Source of the DNA: Lepidodermella squamata
Lineage: Eukaryota; Animalia; Gastrotricha
Assembly: GCA_047495785.1 (NCBI GenBank)
Contig: JBLDXI010000042.1
Location: 558,001-622,000, forward strand
Direction: 5' to 3'
DNA length: 64,000 nucleotides
Each line of letters opens with the position of its first letter. The stretch's first letter is position 1. This document shows positions 46,239 to 59,980 of the stretch, piece by piece. Position numbers and translations under genes: made by a program. Below the pieces are notes generated by a model. It had not been told where the DNA came from. It saw only the letters and a list, made by a program, of their open reading frames with translations, and did no database searches.

Positions 46239-46521
46239 TCAAGGCCTATGCATACGATCAGCAAAGCATTCGCACTCAGGCTTTGACGACCAAGCCTCCT
46301 CGGCCGAAGTGAAGTGATGCGGCAGCTGCATGGCATCGCACATATCAATGCAGACCTGCTCGTTCTCTACAACGCTGAACTTGTACTTGCGAGTGTCGTA
46401 CTGGCTGCAGGCGCAAGCACAGACTGGGCCGTAGATTTGGAGAAGGGATAGAAAGCTTCGAGGCAGTAGGCATCGCAATCCTGCTCGTTTTCGGCGACAT
46501 CTTCGAAAATCATAGGCTTCA
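46239..46521 (-). pseudogene. 5'-truncated, frameshifted copy of the 149-aa secreted protein gene
   Basis: KPMIFEDVAENEQDCDAYC...CECFADRMHRP* is retained; signal peptide region missing; 1-nt deletion near 46435 shifts the frame. Confidence 0.8.
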
Positions 46522-46877
46522 TAGTAGAACTCGACGAGGGACGTTGTATTAAGTAATGTTAAGTGCCGAGTGCTCATAAAATTGCACTCCAATCGAGAAG
46601 CGAATGCTTCCTAAAGTGAATCTGGAAAGTTCGAGTTGAGGTCAGATACAGTGACTCGAAATAATTGTTTTAAAATAAAGCTCTTCAACAAGAAAAGGTA
46701 GCCTCGAATGACTGTCGATTATTTATTTCGATAAATGGGTATAATAATGTCATTCAGCTTTCGTTATTTACATTATTGAATCTCTTATAATCAAAACTCT
46801 TATAAATAAACTTATGAATAATATTTTAGTCAGATTTTTGAATTGTCTTCAATGAACATTGATGATGATAGCCGATC

Positions 46878-49800
46878 TCACAGCAATTCAGGAATCGCAA
46901 AAGCAGCACAATAAATTTCCAGAATTCGCTGGATTTCGAAGGCGACAAAAGCAGTCGAGAAAACATTGAGGCAAGCAATGCTTCCCCTCAACGGCTCGAC
47001 TGGAGTAGCCCAGGACCTGTGAACAAGTATTTAATCGACAAATCAACATTATTTGAGAAAGATACAAACCCTCCTAAGTGGAACGAGCTGGATGTGGTGA
47101 ATGGTGAAGGGGGTGCAAGTTCCTCGGTTCCACCTTTCGCTTTGCACATAAAATACACTGTTCCTCCATCGGCGTCGTAAGCCATATGAAGATGATGCCA
47201 TGTGGCCCGGGTTGAGCCGGAGCAGCCATATGACTTATCACCGCCCGACCCATCACCATACGGCCTGAGCGTGAATGCTTGATTGACATCGGCTGTAAGT
47301 TTGAGACCAGGGTTCGACGCATCGGGAGCGAATTCCAGGACGGTGCCTTTCATCGTAGCCGAAGCTGCGAACAAACTCATCGCAAAGTTGGCATTCAAAT
47401 TTATCTTTCCGGCAGTTGCAGCGATAGGATCGGTTGAGTTGTAGTAAAAGGCCGAGTTAGGCCGGCCGGAAAACCCAGTCACTTGTTGAAGGGCGGTATT
47501 CGAGGTCGAAAAATCAGCCTTTGGATCGATGCGGTCATTCAGGTCGGAAACCAGCGGCCAACTAGCAATTAAGCCTGGCAATCTCGATTTCAACACGTCC
47601 ATAGTCACAATCTGTCCGAGCTGAATTTGAAGGCACTTTTTGCGAAGGATCCACAATTGGTCGAGGGTCATGGCGTGTCTGTGAAGCGAAAAGCAAGCCA
47701 GTCTGCCATTGAAAGCAGCTGTTCCGAGGGAATCACCGCCGAGTTTTATTTTCGAGCTAACCCCCGCTAAGAAAGTGGTTTTACGCCCCCGCTCGAAGTT
47801 ATCATGTACTGTCAGGATCGTCTTCGGATTTGTATCGGCGTTGTAACTTACAGCGGCGAATGCCCAATACGGATCCACAGTAGGCACAATAGAACCCTGA
47901 TAAGTAAATCCCAAACTCGGACCTGTAAGAGATGAATATCTAATTAGTAAACAATTTCGTCCAAGGTTAAAGGTGAAAGACTACAATGAGTGAGAAAAGC
48001 TTAGGACGGTGCTCTTCGTTTAGATCCAAATCTTAATACGAACTTAATCTACATACTAATGGGATACTAGTTTTCAGCTGGTGAGGAAAAATGCGTTTTT
48101 GACACGTAAAAGCACCAATTTAAGCATCCGCCAATGAAGGGGCCAACAACAATAGAACTTCACCCGGGCGAGCCATTTACCCTCGCCTTTATGCTAGTGT
48201 TATTGAGACTATTACAGATATAGATCATAGAACAAGCAAACATAGCTGATGTAAAACTTACTCAAATCCATAACAAGTGAATCTGTTGCTCTGTCAAGGC
48301 TAAGCCCAAGAAGATCTCTTGTGTCGTAGAACCCGAAAATTCGTTGCATTCCGGTGGAACCCAACGGTAAAAACACGTATGCAGCAAGCGTGAAAGAAGC
48401 ATTCTCGACGTTGAGTAAGCTGTTTTCCAAGAACACGGAACCTTCGGTGGAATCGATAACGAGCGCTGAGCTGCTGTAGGGACCAATGTCGTAGTTCAAA
48501 GATGCGCCAGAGTAATTGCCATGGATGCCGTTTCCACTGATATCACTCGTACCGAATTCCTGGCTGAGAGGCAGGTAAACAGTCTCGAGCGGTAGCCCGA
48601 AAGGAGTCTCTGTGTCGAAAAATCGAATTCTTATCTAAGAAGCCGAGTAAGTGAAGTTAGCTCACGCTTATCACACAGCTCTGCACTTTTGAAAGTCGAT
48701 GTTGAAGTCTGAACATTAAAGTAGCCGTGGTGAAACATTATGTCTCTATTTTTATAGCTCACCCAGTTTTTAGGACAATCGCTTGCTACTGGAACGCATT
48801 TCGCCGCCATAAGAGGGGGAAACGTGCAAAGCTTGTGCTAGAAAATCGAATAGAATGAATCGAATATCGAATAATGATCGGACATGTAAAAGCAGTAAAA
48901 ATTGGACAATACGATGAAATACCGTATCTGCCGTGGTATCCACTTTGCAGGCGTCGTGATTCTCCTTGAATGACGATAAGCTCCCATAGACTTTAACCTA
49001 AAATCGTGAAATAGCTGTGGACTTGGGCAAGCAGAAGTCGAAATGATTGGCTCACTTGTGTGCCATTCGGAAAAACTCCATAGCACTGGTTTCCACTGGC
49101 TGTGTCACATTGGACGGCTCTCTATCGAAACAGAAAAATTGGAGTTCTATCGCCTTGATTATACGTATTATCAAATTAAAGTGATTATCTTCTGTTGATG
49201 TGTTTTTGTAAAAAGAGGATCATAGACGTGCGCGATTAGCAGTTAGAATCTTGCCCAGACCGGAGAAGAAGATAACAATTTGGCCAAATGTTTTTGGAAT
49301 ATGTTTCAGTCGAAATTCAGAACAATTTGCAAAAAAGCAAGAAATAATTTCCATAGCTTCAATATTTTTTATCAATTTTTAAACTTTTTATTGGAAGTTT
49401 TGAGGTGAAATATGATATAGAAACTATATTACTAATTACCCCTTTCAGGCAGTTTTCCCTGTTGCTAAACGTAGCCGGCGAAAAATGTCGAGTTTCCGCC
49501 CCAGCCTGGCAGCCAGATGTCTCGAGGCGGCAATCGATGAAGGTCCTATTGGATGAGCTGAAGCACCTAACATGCGGTTTCTCACTGTCTGGAACTTGAA
49601 CTTTTACAGTTCAAAATGAATGAATTAATATGCTAGCTTATATTATTAATTACTCACGCGTAGTTCCAGAGATACACAGGCCAAGATTAGAATAATTGCC
49701 CCCTGCGACCTTCAAGAACAAACAAAGTATTTGAAACTACATGTACTCCTATGAACGGAATAAGTTTTCGAACCCAGTTCTCAGGACATGTGTAGTTGGA

Positions 49801-51038
49801 GGGTAGACATGTTTTCACCACTCCGTTGTTCCTGCACCGCTTGAAAGCTTGATTCTAAAAATCACCGTTTTACACAAAAAGCAGGAAAAATAGGCGTAAA
49901 AGAAATTACCGCGAATTTAGATCTCGCGCTGTTACAAGCAGCCAAACTGTCTTTCAAAGTGTTATTTCGGTACCAATCAAGCTGATCAAATCAATAAAAA
50001 AGATTGGCATTCTATCGAACGTGGATGGGTAAATTTACTTCGATTTCTCTGTCAGCAGCTGATTCGCCAGTTAATTTGCAGTTGCCGAGGCCAGGATTGC
50101 ATCGTGGTGTTAGGGCGCCGTATTTGTAGCACATTTTAGCATTCTGATGTCGATGCAAAATTGCACCAGGAATACACCAGCCATTCAAAAATCTCATACC
50201 CCTAATCGGCAACTTTGTAGATCTGGGAACAAGGGTCCCCACTAAGGAATAAAATTAATGGAAAGTCCAACATGCAATTTCAAGATATTAACTGGAAAAC
50301 TTTGAGAGAAATTCAGTAACAAATTCGAAATTGAAGCTCATATGTTAGAGCACCGAGTTTCGATTCTAATCGAAACAACTCGTAATAATCGAAACAACTC
50401 GTAATTTTATATGAATCACGAGCCAAAGTTTACGGGAGGGAGCGCTTTCTAAATTGGAATCAAAACGAGTGATCTAACATTATTAGAGCACGGCTTCTAA
50501 TTTTCAGGGATGGAGTTACTCGATTTTTCCTCGATTTTGATATAATTTTGTGCTGCAAGTGACCATCACCTAGTATTTATCCGAACTGCGAACCAGCAAG
50601 GAACTGCCTATGTCACCAACATGGCATAAATTTCCCTCATTCCCTCAGATTCTTTGTATATTGACCCAAAAAATGGCCTTTTTGAGTGCAAAGAGAAGAA
50701 ACTATATCCAATCAGATTGGCTAAATTAGCTTATTAGTGATCAGCATTGTCTCTGCCTCTGACCCGACATTTATTTAGGGCCTGACATCTATTTTTTCGG
50801 ACTACCTCTAAAATCTGACATTTATTTGAGGTTGTCATTTTCGGTATAATAATTCTTCGATTTATTGAAATAAATTATGAAAAAATACCTGATACTCGGT
50901 AATAGGATCACAGGTAGGGCTGTTATCGCGGCAAGAAGTGAAATCGTTGTTTGTCACCTTGAAGCATCGCTTGAAGACCTGGCCTGATGCCTGGCTGGTT
51001 AGTAACGCGAACGAAATTAGCGAAATAAAGCTGCTCAT
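46878..51038 (-). CDS. Secreted Cys-module + double-LamG protein, array copy C
   Basis: ATG 51038 (MSSFISLISFALLTSQASG); same exon series; LamG exons in ORFs 48212-48499 and 46988-47914; TGA at 46878-46880. Confidence 0.78.
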
Positions 51039-52794
51039 CGCTATTTTGATTGAAAAATAAAAAACTATTAATGACACGCTGGGGTTGAAAATTTACTAAA
51101 ACCACGCGTTTAGGGCCAGGCTCGTGGCTCGTGCGCCATATTTCATTTTCAAAACAACATCACTGTTTTGCTATAATTTAAGCTTATTTGGTGAATCGTG
51201 GTGATATAGCACAAGCCAGCGAATTACGATTCGCCGTAATTCCTTATTCCTTAAATGAGCATTTTTTCACGTCACTTCTTGGATTCGATCGATTCGATTC
51301 CTAGCGTTTTTATCGTGCTGTGTGCGTCCCAGGAAACTAGGTCAAAGCTAGCGCGTACATAACCTTTTCTGTGCAAGCAATTTTGAATTTTTAGGTGAGG
51401 AAAATTAGCCAGCTTGATAGATTAACATGTCCCGATGCTATCCGATTTTTCTGGGTGATTTCCGATGATACAGCGCGGTTAAAATTAGAAAAAGTGTCTG
51501 GGGTAAAAAACCACCCCCTCGACTGCAATTCGCCATAACTATAGTGAGACCCGCTAAGGGTTAACAAATCAGCCATCAATAATATGCGTTAGACAATATA
51601 ACGGTTAAATTCTGCATAATTTTTCACCCTGTAGCACCCTGTAGCTGTGTTCCCTTTCAAAGCGAGTAACTCTCATTACAGACTGACAACAACTAATCAT
51701 TGAAATTGCAACTCAGTGTAAACTTTAAAATTATTATATTCCTCACCTCGTGAGTTATATGAATCAGAAATTTCACAAAACCGTGTATACCATAGTAATT
51801 TACGACGGAGAATCCGAAAAAATGACCCTCGAGGTCATGGGACGCACCCTACCGGCTCAGGTAAGCCACCTTACCTGGATTTTTCGATCCACACCTGTCC
51901 AGGCGATGCTGATAATAAAAAACACCATCGTAATCAGCGTCATTTGTTACGCTATATAACAAATTCTCACATTCGTTATGCGCTGCTGTCAGATATAACA
52001 AATGGGGTCCCAAATCGATGCACCCTTTTTACAGTGTACAAGTTGAATCGCATCTGTTGGGCATTTTCAACCCGAAAATGGGCTAAACATGAATTAAAAT
52101 ATGGATGATCCATAGGAACCCTGTAGTTGGACTTTCGGGAATCGCTTGAACCTTAAAGCTATTCGACAATGATTGATAACAAGGTTGCGGGCTGCAACCA
52201 ATACAAGTTACCTAGTTGTGTACCGGGCCGCACAAAATCGGGCTGCCCGCATGCGGCCCGAAAAATGAAGGTTGAGAAGCACTGATCTACAGTGACAATC
52301 AAAGGATCCGCACGGTTGAATTGAGGCTATGCTAGTTTTTTCGCACGTGCGAAATGAGGCTGTTTGTCCCCAGCAAAAATGACCAAAATGTCGCCTTTTT
52401 CACGATCTCCAACAATAGCTGCACGGAAAGATGGATAGTTTCAATAAGATGAATATATTCATGAGATGTCATGAAACTAGGACATTCTTAGTGCCAACAA
52501 TTGCAGTAACAAGTAGGAAGTAGGTATATAGCAATTCAAACATAATTTTTCCATAGTTTTCCTGACATAATTATTAACTTTGAGTGCTTCGGACTATTAA
52601 TTAGCGCATTCTGAATATTCATATTTTTGAAATTATTAAAACTATTTGGTCTGTCCGAGTCACAGTTGTTATTGTTAGGTGAGTTCAACCTTGGAGCCGC
52701 TGAAAATAGAGAGATATTTTCAGTTTCAATCAAACAATTTCCTGGCCGTGCGTAACTTTTGATTTTTAGTGTATTAATTGAACATTTTCTACCC

Positions 52795-53850
52795 CTATCA
52801 AGCAGTTTTCCCTGTTGCTGAACGTGGCCGGTGAAAATTCCCGAGTTTCTGCCCCAGCCTGGCAGCCAGTTGTTTCAAGGCGGCAGTCGATGTAGCTCCC
52901 GTTAGACAAGCTGAAGCACCGGACATTCGGTTTTTCGCCGTCTGGAATTTGAATTGTTCGGCTGTGAGCTTGAATCCCGCCGTCGACCCATCGGGAGCGA
53001 ATTCCAGTATTGTGCCTTTCTGTTTGGCCGGAGCAGCATAAAGCGAAATCATTGAACTGTAAGCGACATTTAGCTTGATCTTCTCCGCAGCAACAGCGAT
53101 AGGATCAGTCGAGTTGTAATAATAGGCCGTGTTGGGCGGGCCAAACGGCCCAGTCACTTGCTGGAGGGCGGTATTTGGGGCAGTAAAATCAGCTCTAGGC
53201 TCGACACGGTCGTTCAGATCTGAAACCAGGGGCCATGTCGCGACTCCCCCTTGCACGAGACTTCTGATTATGTCCGTAGTCAATATCATCCCTGTCCGAA
53301 TTTGAAGGCACTTTTTCCGAAGAATCCACATCTGGTCGAGGGTCATCGTGTGCCTGTGAAGCGAGAAACACGAAAGCTGGCCAAGGAAATTAGTTTCTCC
53401 GCCCAAGTCACCGCCGAGTTTCATTTTCGAGCTAACCCTCGGTCGGTATGGAGAAAATGATGCTTTGTAGAAAAAGTTGTCATGAACGGCCAACATAGTC
53501 TGCGTATCGTAGCTGTAAGATACAGCAACGAAGGCAGATGTCGAATCAACACTCGAAAATACACCAGAACAGTGTGCGACTTTCAGGGGGGGATGGGGGG
53601 GATCATCCCCCCCAGCTCGGCCGGGCCAGACAACAAAATGAGAATTTATCCCACTGTTTTGTTAATTTTGAGAGATTGTGGAGCATGTTTTAGTAAGAAA
53701 TTTTCAAAATTTTCTCGCTTCGCTCGGTTATAAGTCAAAATGACCAGTCATTTTGGCAAATACAGCAAAAAAAATTTTTTCCATCCCCGGCAGCTCCGGG
53801 ATCGAAGATCGCACCCTGCACCAGAAAGAAAAAGGGCGTAGTTACCATCT
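52795..53850 (-). pseudogene. Chimeric array fragment: LamG exon fused out of frame to the Cys-module exon 7, and interrupted by a MITE
   Basis: LamG sequence (SKMKLGGDLGG...WPLVSDL...EFAPDGS) switches at ~52957 into ttcaaattccagacggcgaaaaaccg..., homologous to the 'QVPDSEKPHVRC' exon. Confidence 0.75.
53570..53818. mobile_element. hAT-type MITE, 249 bp, 8-bp TSD
   Basis: Ends cagtgtgcgactttc / gaagatcgcaccctg; CACCAGAA duplicated at 53562-53569 and 53819-53826. Related ends occur at ~523-559, 5129 and 43600-43778. Confidence 0.88.
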
Positions 53851-54054
53851 ACGACAAAACAAAGTTATACATGTTAGGTATGACATGAGAAACAAGTTTA
53901 CATCTGAACGATTTACGAATGTTACACCTTAAAATATCGAATTGGCCAAGCTGCTCAACCTGTATTTTATATTTCTGAGACAATTCTCTATATTCGTATT
54001 TCGGATATTCGTACTTGAACAATTACGCGTTTTTGATATTCATCAGTACTCGAA

Positions 54055-54099
54055 GTAGCGGGAAGACTGGGAGTACCGTACTCCCAGTCTTCCCGCTAC
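54055..54099. repeat. Perfect 22-bp-arm hairpin
   Basis: gtagcgggaagactgggagtac-c-gtactcccagtcttcccgctac. Confidence 0.85.
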
Positions 54100-54539
54100 G
54101 ACCGGCCGAGAAAATAACAAGATTTTGGGAGAACTTAGTCCAACTTCTCGGGATTCCATGGCCACCGTCATAGGGCCGTTTTAACGTTTTAAATGACCAT
54201 AGTGACGCCGAAATTGCGTCGCAAGATAAAATCTAGCAATAGAGCAGCCTGCAGGAATAAGTCTTACAGGCTGAATTTTTGTATTCGAAGATGGTTTGGT
54301 AAATGAGGACTATAGGCGAAAAATGAGCCGGTTTTGCTGCAAGAACGACAAGTATTAATTTTCAGAATTTTCTTGAGACGCAATTTCGGCGTCACAATGA
54401 CCACAATACGTCTCTAAATTCTGAAATTTTCTCCTCGCTGCGCTCGCTTATCTATTTGTTTTTCCGCTTCGATCATCTCGATCGTCGTATTTGAATGACC
54501 CACTAGCTTGAGCTTGCTGCAATTGTTTATCCGTAACAG

Positions 54540-55683
54540 AATGCTAAAACGTGCTACAAATACGGCGCCCTGACGCCACGCTGCAATCCCGGCCTTGGCA
54601 AGTGTCAATTGAGTGACGAGGCAGCTGCGGACAGAGAAATCGAGGTTAATCCCCTGCTTGCCGTTCGATTTATTATTTTCACCTTCCCACTTTTACTTTT
54701 TCAGCTTGATTGGTACAAAAACATAACACTCAAAGACAGCTTGGCCGCTTGTAACAGCGCGAGATCTAAATTCGCGGTGAATGTTTTGTTATTTGCTACC
54801 TCTGCTTTTTAATTTGTTTATTTTTAGAATCAATCTTTCAAACGGTGCACGGACAACGGAGTAGTGAAAACGTGTGTCCCAGCAAACTACGCCTGTCCCG
54901 AGAACTGGGTTAAGGAACAAAATTAATTTTTTGTTATGAATTTTCAATGTTCATGTTTTCGCTAAAGGTCGCATCAAGTGGCAGCCCATATGACAATCTT
55001 GGTCAATGCATCTCGGGAACTTCACGTGAGTCTTCCTTCAATATTGATTTTGCTTGATAATCAATTGTGGAATGACCTTGCTAATCTTGAATTGAAACTC
55101 AGTTCAAGTTCAAGTCAGCGAAAAGCCCCATGTTCGCTGCTTCAGCACATCCAATGGGAACTTCACTGATTGCCGCCTCGAGATAACGGGCTGCCAGGCT
55201 GGGACTGAAACTCGTCGGCCACATTCAGCAACCGGGAAAACTGCCTGAAAGGGGTAAAATTGAATTTTGAAGATTATTGAAGGGACAGGGAATATGAAGT
55301 CCATTTCTGTTATCAGTTAAAAATCCTTCATTAAAATTCATTAAAATGTAGTCTATTTCTGTTATCAGTTGAAAATCCGTCATTAAAATGTATTTTTCAT
55401 TGATACAACATTGTCTGGCTAGAAAATGGCGATCTCCCTATTTATCTTGTTATCCTGGCTTTTATATACTGACTCGTTTTTTAATTAGAGAGCTGTCCAA
55501 TGTGGCACAAGCAATGGCAAAAAGTGTTATGGAGCTTTTCCAATTGGAAACCGGGTAAATGAGTCATTAATACTGGGCATCCTTGATGTAAAACGAACTT
55601 ATTCTAGATCAAAGTATATGGCAACTCGACGCTGTTCAGTGAAAATTACAACGCCTGTAAGATGGATGCCACGGAATATACGG
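54540..55683 (+). pseudogene. Inverted partial copy of the array gene (Cys-module exons 3-9 only)
   Basis: Plus-strand exons NAKTCYKYGALTPRCNPG, LDWYKNITLKDSLAAC, NQSFKRCTDNG, KPHVRCF, RAVQCGTSNGKKC, VYGNST; no signal or LamG exons adjacent. Confidence 0.72.
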
Positions 55684-55847
55684 TATGTGTTATCTCGCTT
55701 AATGACAGTGCCAAGAACGTATCTATTTTATCAGAAGTATGCGCTTCATTCAACTTGTTACAAGTGAAATAAGGGCTCTGCTGTGTAAGGTCTCGGAATA
55801 GCCCAGTTTTGAAGCTCGATTTTGAGCTTGAAATGGGATTGCCCATC

Positions 55848-56575
55848 AGGGCGAAAAAGTCGTGGATAAGTTGTCGTGGTTCACGCTGTTTTCTGTTTTA
55901 AAACCTTTTTCTCAATCTTTTCTCCTGTTTGAATGTAAGAACTTATGGTGCAGCCATGGGTTTTTTCGAGATAAGTGCGATGAAAGGTGCAAAATGCTCA
56001 CTGTTTCAACGATTCGAACTTGATTCGGAAGTGGAGGGAAAAGACTGAAAAGCCGTGGATAAACACCGCATTTACTGGCAATTTCTTACTTCCTGAGTAA
56101 GATCTTGTTGTGCTCTACTAAAGGACGCGAAAAAACTGTGGTTGAACCCATGCTTTTTCTTGCGACAATGCCCAAAAAGACGCCAGGCTATGCATTTTCG
56201 AGGTGTTGGGTGTGACGTAGTGAGTGCTAATCAGGACGAAAAAGTCGTGGATAAGTTGGGGTGATTCTTGCTTTTTTCCCTGTTAAAACATTCCTCCTAG
56301 TGCCTTCTCCTATTTGACTACAAAAAGCTATGGTGCAACCATGGGTGTTTTCGAGATAAGAGCGACTAATAACACACAATTTTCGCGTTTTCCTCGATTT
56401 ATAAGCCGGGAGGGAAAAGACTGAAAAGCCGTGGATGACCTCCATATTAACTGGCTATTTCTTACTTCCCTAATAAGCTCTCCATGTGCTCAGCTGGGGA
56501 ATGTGAAAAAACTGTGGGTGAACCCATTTTCTTCCTCGCAGAAACGCCGCTAAAGACGCCAGTGGGTGCATTTTT
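55848..56575. repeat. Two diverged tandem units of ~380 bp
   Basis: cgaaaaagtcgtggataagttg...gggaaaagactgaaaagccgtggat...aaaaactgtgg...aagacgccag occurs at ~55850 and again at ~56237. Confidence 0.65.
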
Positions 56576-56724
56576 CCATGGTTTTTGCGCTTTCAGACCG
56601 CTTTCGGGTCGCGCAGCGGTGAAAAACCCACGGTTACACATGCTTTTCTATCGATTTGCTAATACTTTTGACAGTTCTCTACCAGGTAAGCAGAAGGTTT
56701 CATGGTAACATCCACAAAAGCGCA

Positions 56725-56893
56725 TTATATTTGTTGGTCATTTGTCCAGTACATTCATTGTTTTCGCACAGAATGCGGGCTGCGGGCTATAAGTATATCT
56801 TTTAATATTATGCGCGCGTAGTACTTCTCATTGTGCGTAGTACTCTGTATAGGAATTTTTTTCTCGCTGGTCGCCTTTAGCGCAAAATCATCG
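56725..56893 (+). mobile_element. Diverged Sola1-family terminus (opposite orientation to the two full copies)
   Basis: The reverse complement begins cgatgattttgcgctaaagg...aaaattcctatacagagtactacgcac...gtactggacaaatgaccaacaaatat, matching 27287 onward; flanked by ATAT at 56894-56897. The other end was not found. Confidence 0.75.
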
Positions 56894-57077
56894 ATATTTT
56901 TTTTCATTAAATTCAAGCTGAAAACATTAGGGAAATGCCAGATGACTAGTTTTCGGTTTATGAAAAAGAAAAACGGGGTTCCGAAAGCGTAGTCAATTTT
57001 TTCCGCATGAAAATGGTTATTGGGGAAGCGCAAGGGCCCAAAAATCGAGCTTCGTAGAAACCCGAAACTCTAAATTT

Positions 57078-57140
57078 CCTAACCCTAACCTTAATCCTGA
57101 ACCCCAACCAAACCCTAAACCTAACCCTAACCCGAACCCT
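57078..57140 (+). repeat. Degenerate (CCCTAA)n telomere-like tract
   Basis: cctaaccctaaccttaatcctgaaccccaaccaaaccctaaacctaaccctaacccgaaccct. Confidence 0.7.
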
Positions 57141-59877
57141 GGAACCTATGTATGAAAGTTGGCACCCTTTTAAGAAATTAATTATCAATTCGAGTTTTAA
57201 TCATGAGAATTTTTCCGCGCCATCCCGAAAACTGAAGTTTTGTCGAAAAATAAATTTTTGACGTTTTCCATTCACAATTTGCCCACTACTAGGGTATATC
57301 TCCCATCGGCACGTGCTAATAGTGCGATCTCGCAAATATTCATTCATTTTTATCGAATTTCGTGAACGTTTTAAAATCATTTAAAATAACAATCGTTCTG
57401 AAATAATCAGCTAGTGAAAAATGCGCCTTTGTTTTGGAGGATAATTCAGGCTTAATCGCTCATGAACATTTTCGAAACTATAAATTTTTCGGGTCCCCTA
57501 CAAAGTAGGGAAAATTTAATAGCAGGCTTCAAATTAAACGCTTCAAAGCAGTATGGCTTCCATGTAAATTAAAAAAAGGCTTCAAAGTAAAATAAACGTT
57601 ATTAATTAGATTAACACCGCGTGTTAAACCAAAGCTGCTTAATGTTGGTGGCATGCAAGTAGTGATTTTCGCGAAGCAATTAGGACCACTTTTTGAGGTG
57701 CGCAACCACGTGAAACATTTTTTATTTGCTTGCGATTTTATTTATTTTATTGAGATTGAAGATTGAGATTGAGATTTAAGCGATCAAGCTATCCAGGTAT
57801 GTAACAGAATTACATGGCATTTCAGCACAGTTTTACACAATTTCGCAATCGGACGTCATAGTCTTATTCTGCGCGCGCCGCTTTTTCAGACTCGTAACAG
57901 CTGCGTTGGGTTTCACGGCGGCGACCGCGGCCACGTTTCATTGGTTGCTCTGAAACTGCGCCAGCATTCTTCGGTGGCCGATCCCGGCCTAGACTGGCCG
58001 GAGGAGCATCGCTAGCAACATTTTCAGGTTGGCGACGATTTTAGCCATCAAAATAATAGCAGTAAGCAGTTTAAAGAATGAAGTTTTGAAATGCCATCAA
58101 ATAAATCAAATAAAACGAATGAGCAATCATCATGTCCATGCGCTATTTTAAAGACACGCACACACGAGCATGACTTGCAACGCATTGCGTAACACGTGTG
58201 TCCGCGCGCACTCAAAAAAATCGAGTAAACACGTTTTTTATTTCACTTTAATGCTTCTGTGATTTGTTGCCATTTAATCTGGTGTTTGCACCATTTGTTG
58301 CTCTGTGCTTTATTTGAAGCCTGCTACTCTGTGGGGGACCCAATTTTTCAGTATATTTATCCATATTTATCCAGTGACAATCTTAAAAGGTTTGGAATAT
58401 TTTTGTTTTTTGTTTGCCGAAGCTCAAGACATGCCCATCACCTTCAAAATTCCAAAATAATGAAAAAAAATGTTCTCGCCCTTCCCTCAGAAATTGTTAA
58501 ATCATCCGACATATACAGTATGATAATATAAGTTGGATTGACATCGGCCGTAATTCTTAGAACCAAGAGCGAACTCAAACGTTGTGCTTTTCTTCGAAGC
58601 GAACAATATTATCGTGAAACCGGCGTTCAGCTTCACTCTAAGCCAAATCACGGCTTGCGACCCTAAATTAATCGTCATGCGACTGATCGCTCTGCCGTTT
58701 GAGCTTTTTTTCCAAAAAGTTATACAGCTGAAATGAGGGCAACTTCCTGAAAAATTATAGTTTATTTTAAGACAATATTGCAGGAAATCAATAAAAATTC
58801 ATCCAAGTTCGCTCCAAGTATCAAATTTTAGAACTCGATCTGGGCTACACGGACCACTAAAAAACTGCTTCAATATTGATTCCGCAAGTGGTGTGAATTC
58901 AATTTATTTGCAATCGCAAAATCATTTTCTTTGATTTTGGTGGTCCATATTGAGTTAAAATTCACGAAAAAGTGACCAGCGTGTTCGTTGTGATGTCACC
59001 TATCTGGAACCATCAAGGAAATTGGGAAATTTTTTAACTGTGATCGGAACCAACAAAAAAGAATCGAATATTTTGTTTAATTGGCCTCCACGCCTCTCAT
59101 GAATCAGCTGACCATTAGTGATGCGCTCCGATTGTGGCCATTCGCGATTAAATCACGATCAAGTCGAATCGAATTTCAATCATGGCGCTCGTCCCAAAAT
59201 CGTCTTTATCGGCATCGATTATTCGCCCGATTAATCAGCCGATGCCGATTAATCGGCTATGGTAGAAGAGTTCTGACAAGACAGTGTAGAATAGAAAATA
59301 GAATCTGCTCTCGTCCATTCCTATGTCTTTCTTTCTTCTGTTGCATTCTTTTCTCTAGCCCTTTAGTTCAATTAGGAGGATGCTTTGGTAAGGAAAATCT
59401 ATTTGCTATTTGAAAATTGCAATGCATGATTGATTATCGATTATCGATTATCGATTTGCGCTTATCCAATGGTCTCTATCAATTAACGGTCGACATCATC
59501 CTGTTCAGCGTAAAAAGTTACCCAAGAGCCCAAATTTTCATCAAAACAGGATAAATGGTTGTGAAGAAATCGCGGAATCAAATTTCATATCCGGCAATAG
59601 AATTTATCAATTAACTGGGCTGTAAAAATAAAAACTTCAAAGAAATCGGCATATGCGCCTTCTTTCGTGTAGAAGGGGTAGTTTTCCACGAGGAATCGGA
59701 ATCTGATTTCAGAATTTCAATAGCCATCATACTTCTAATTACTACTTTAATTACTACTAATTGATAAATTTATTGCTTTATTGCACTCAAATTATTTTGC
59801 ATTACCAAAACCATAATTGCATTACCGAATTCCGCTCGACTCCGCTTCCGGCACATCGTATTGTTAAATCAGCAGAC

Positions 59878-59980
59878 CCATGGAAATTGACATTACCAGG
59901 CAAATCGCCACCGAGTTTTACTTTCGAGCCAACCAGTGGTCTGGAAGTGAGCGATTCCTCGTGGATGAAGTTATCGTGAA
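59878..59980 (-). pseudogene. LamG exon remnant (a second remnant lies at ~58535-58635)
   Basis: VHDNFIHEESLTSRPLVGSKVKLGGDLPGNVNFHG matches VHDNFVQEVPLTGVRPKVSSKIRLGGDLAGNFTFNG of copy A. Confidence 0.65.

Noticed and set aside
51535-51565. ctatagtgag resembling a T7 promoter or vector sequence
   Set aside because: Only a 10-nt match. The context (…aaggg|TTAA) looks more like a lone piggyBac-type end, and no partner end was found.
57078-57140. Possible true telomere or chromosome fusion site
   Set aside because: Short, degenerate and single-orientation; such tracts are common inside invertebrate repeats.
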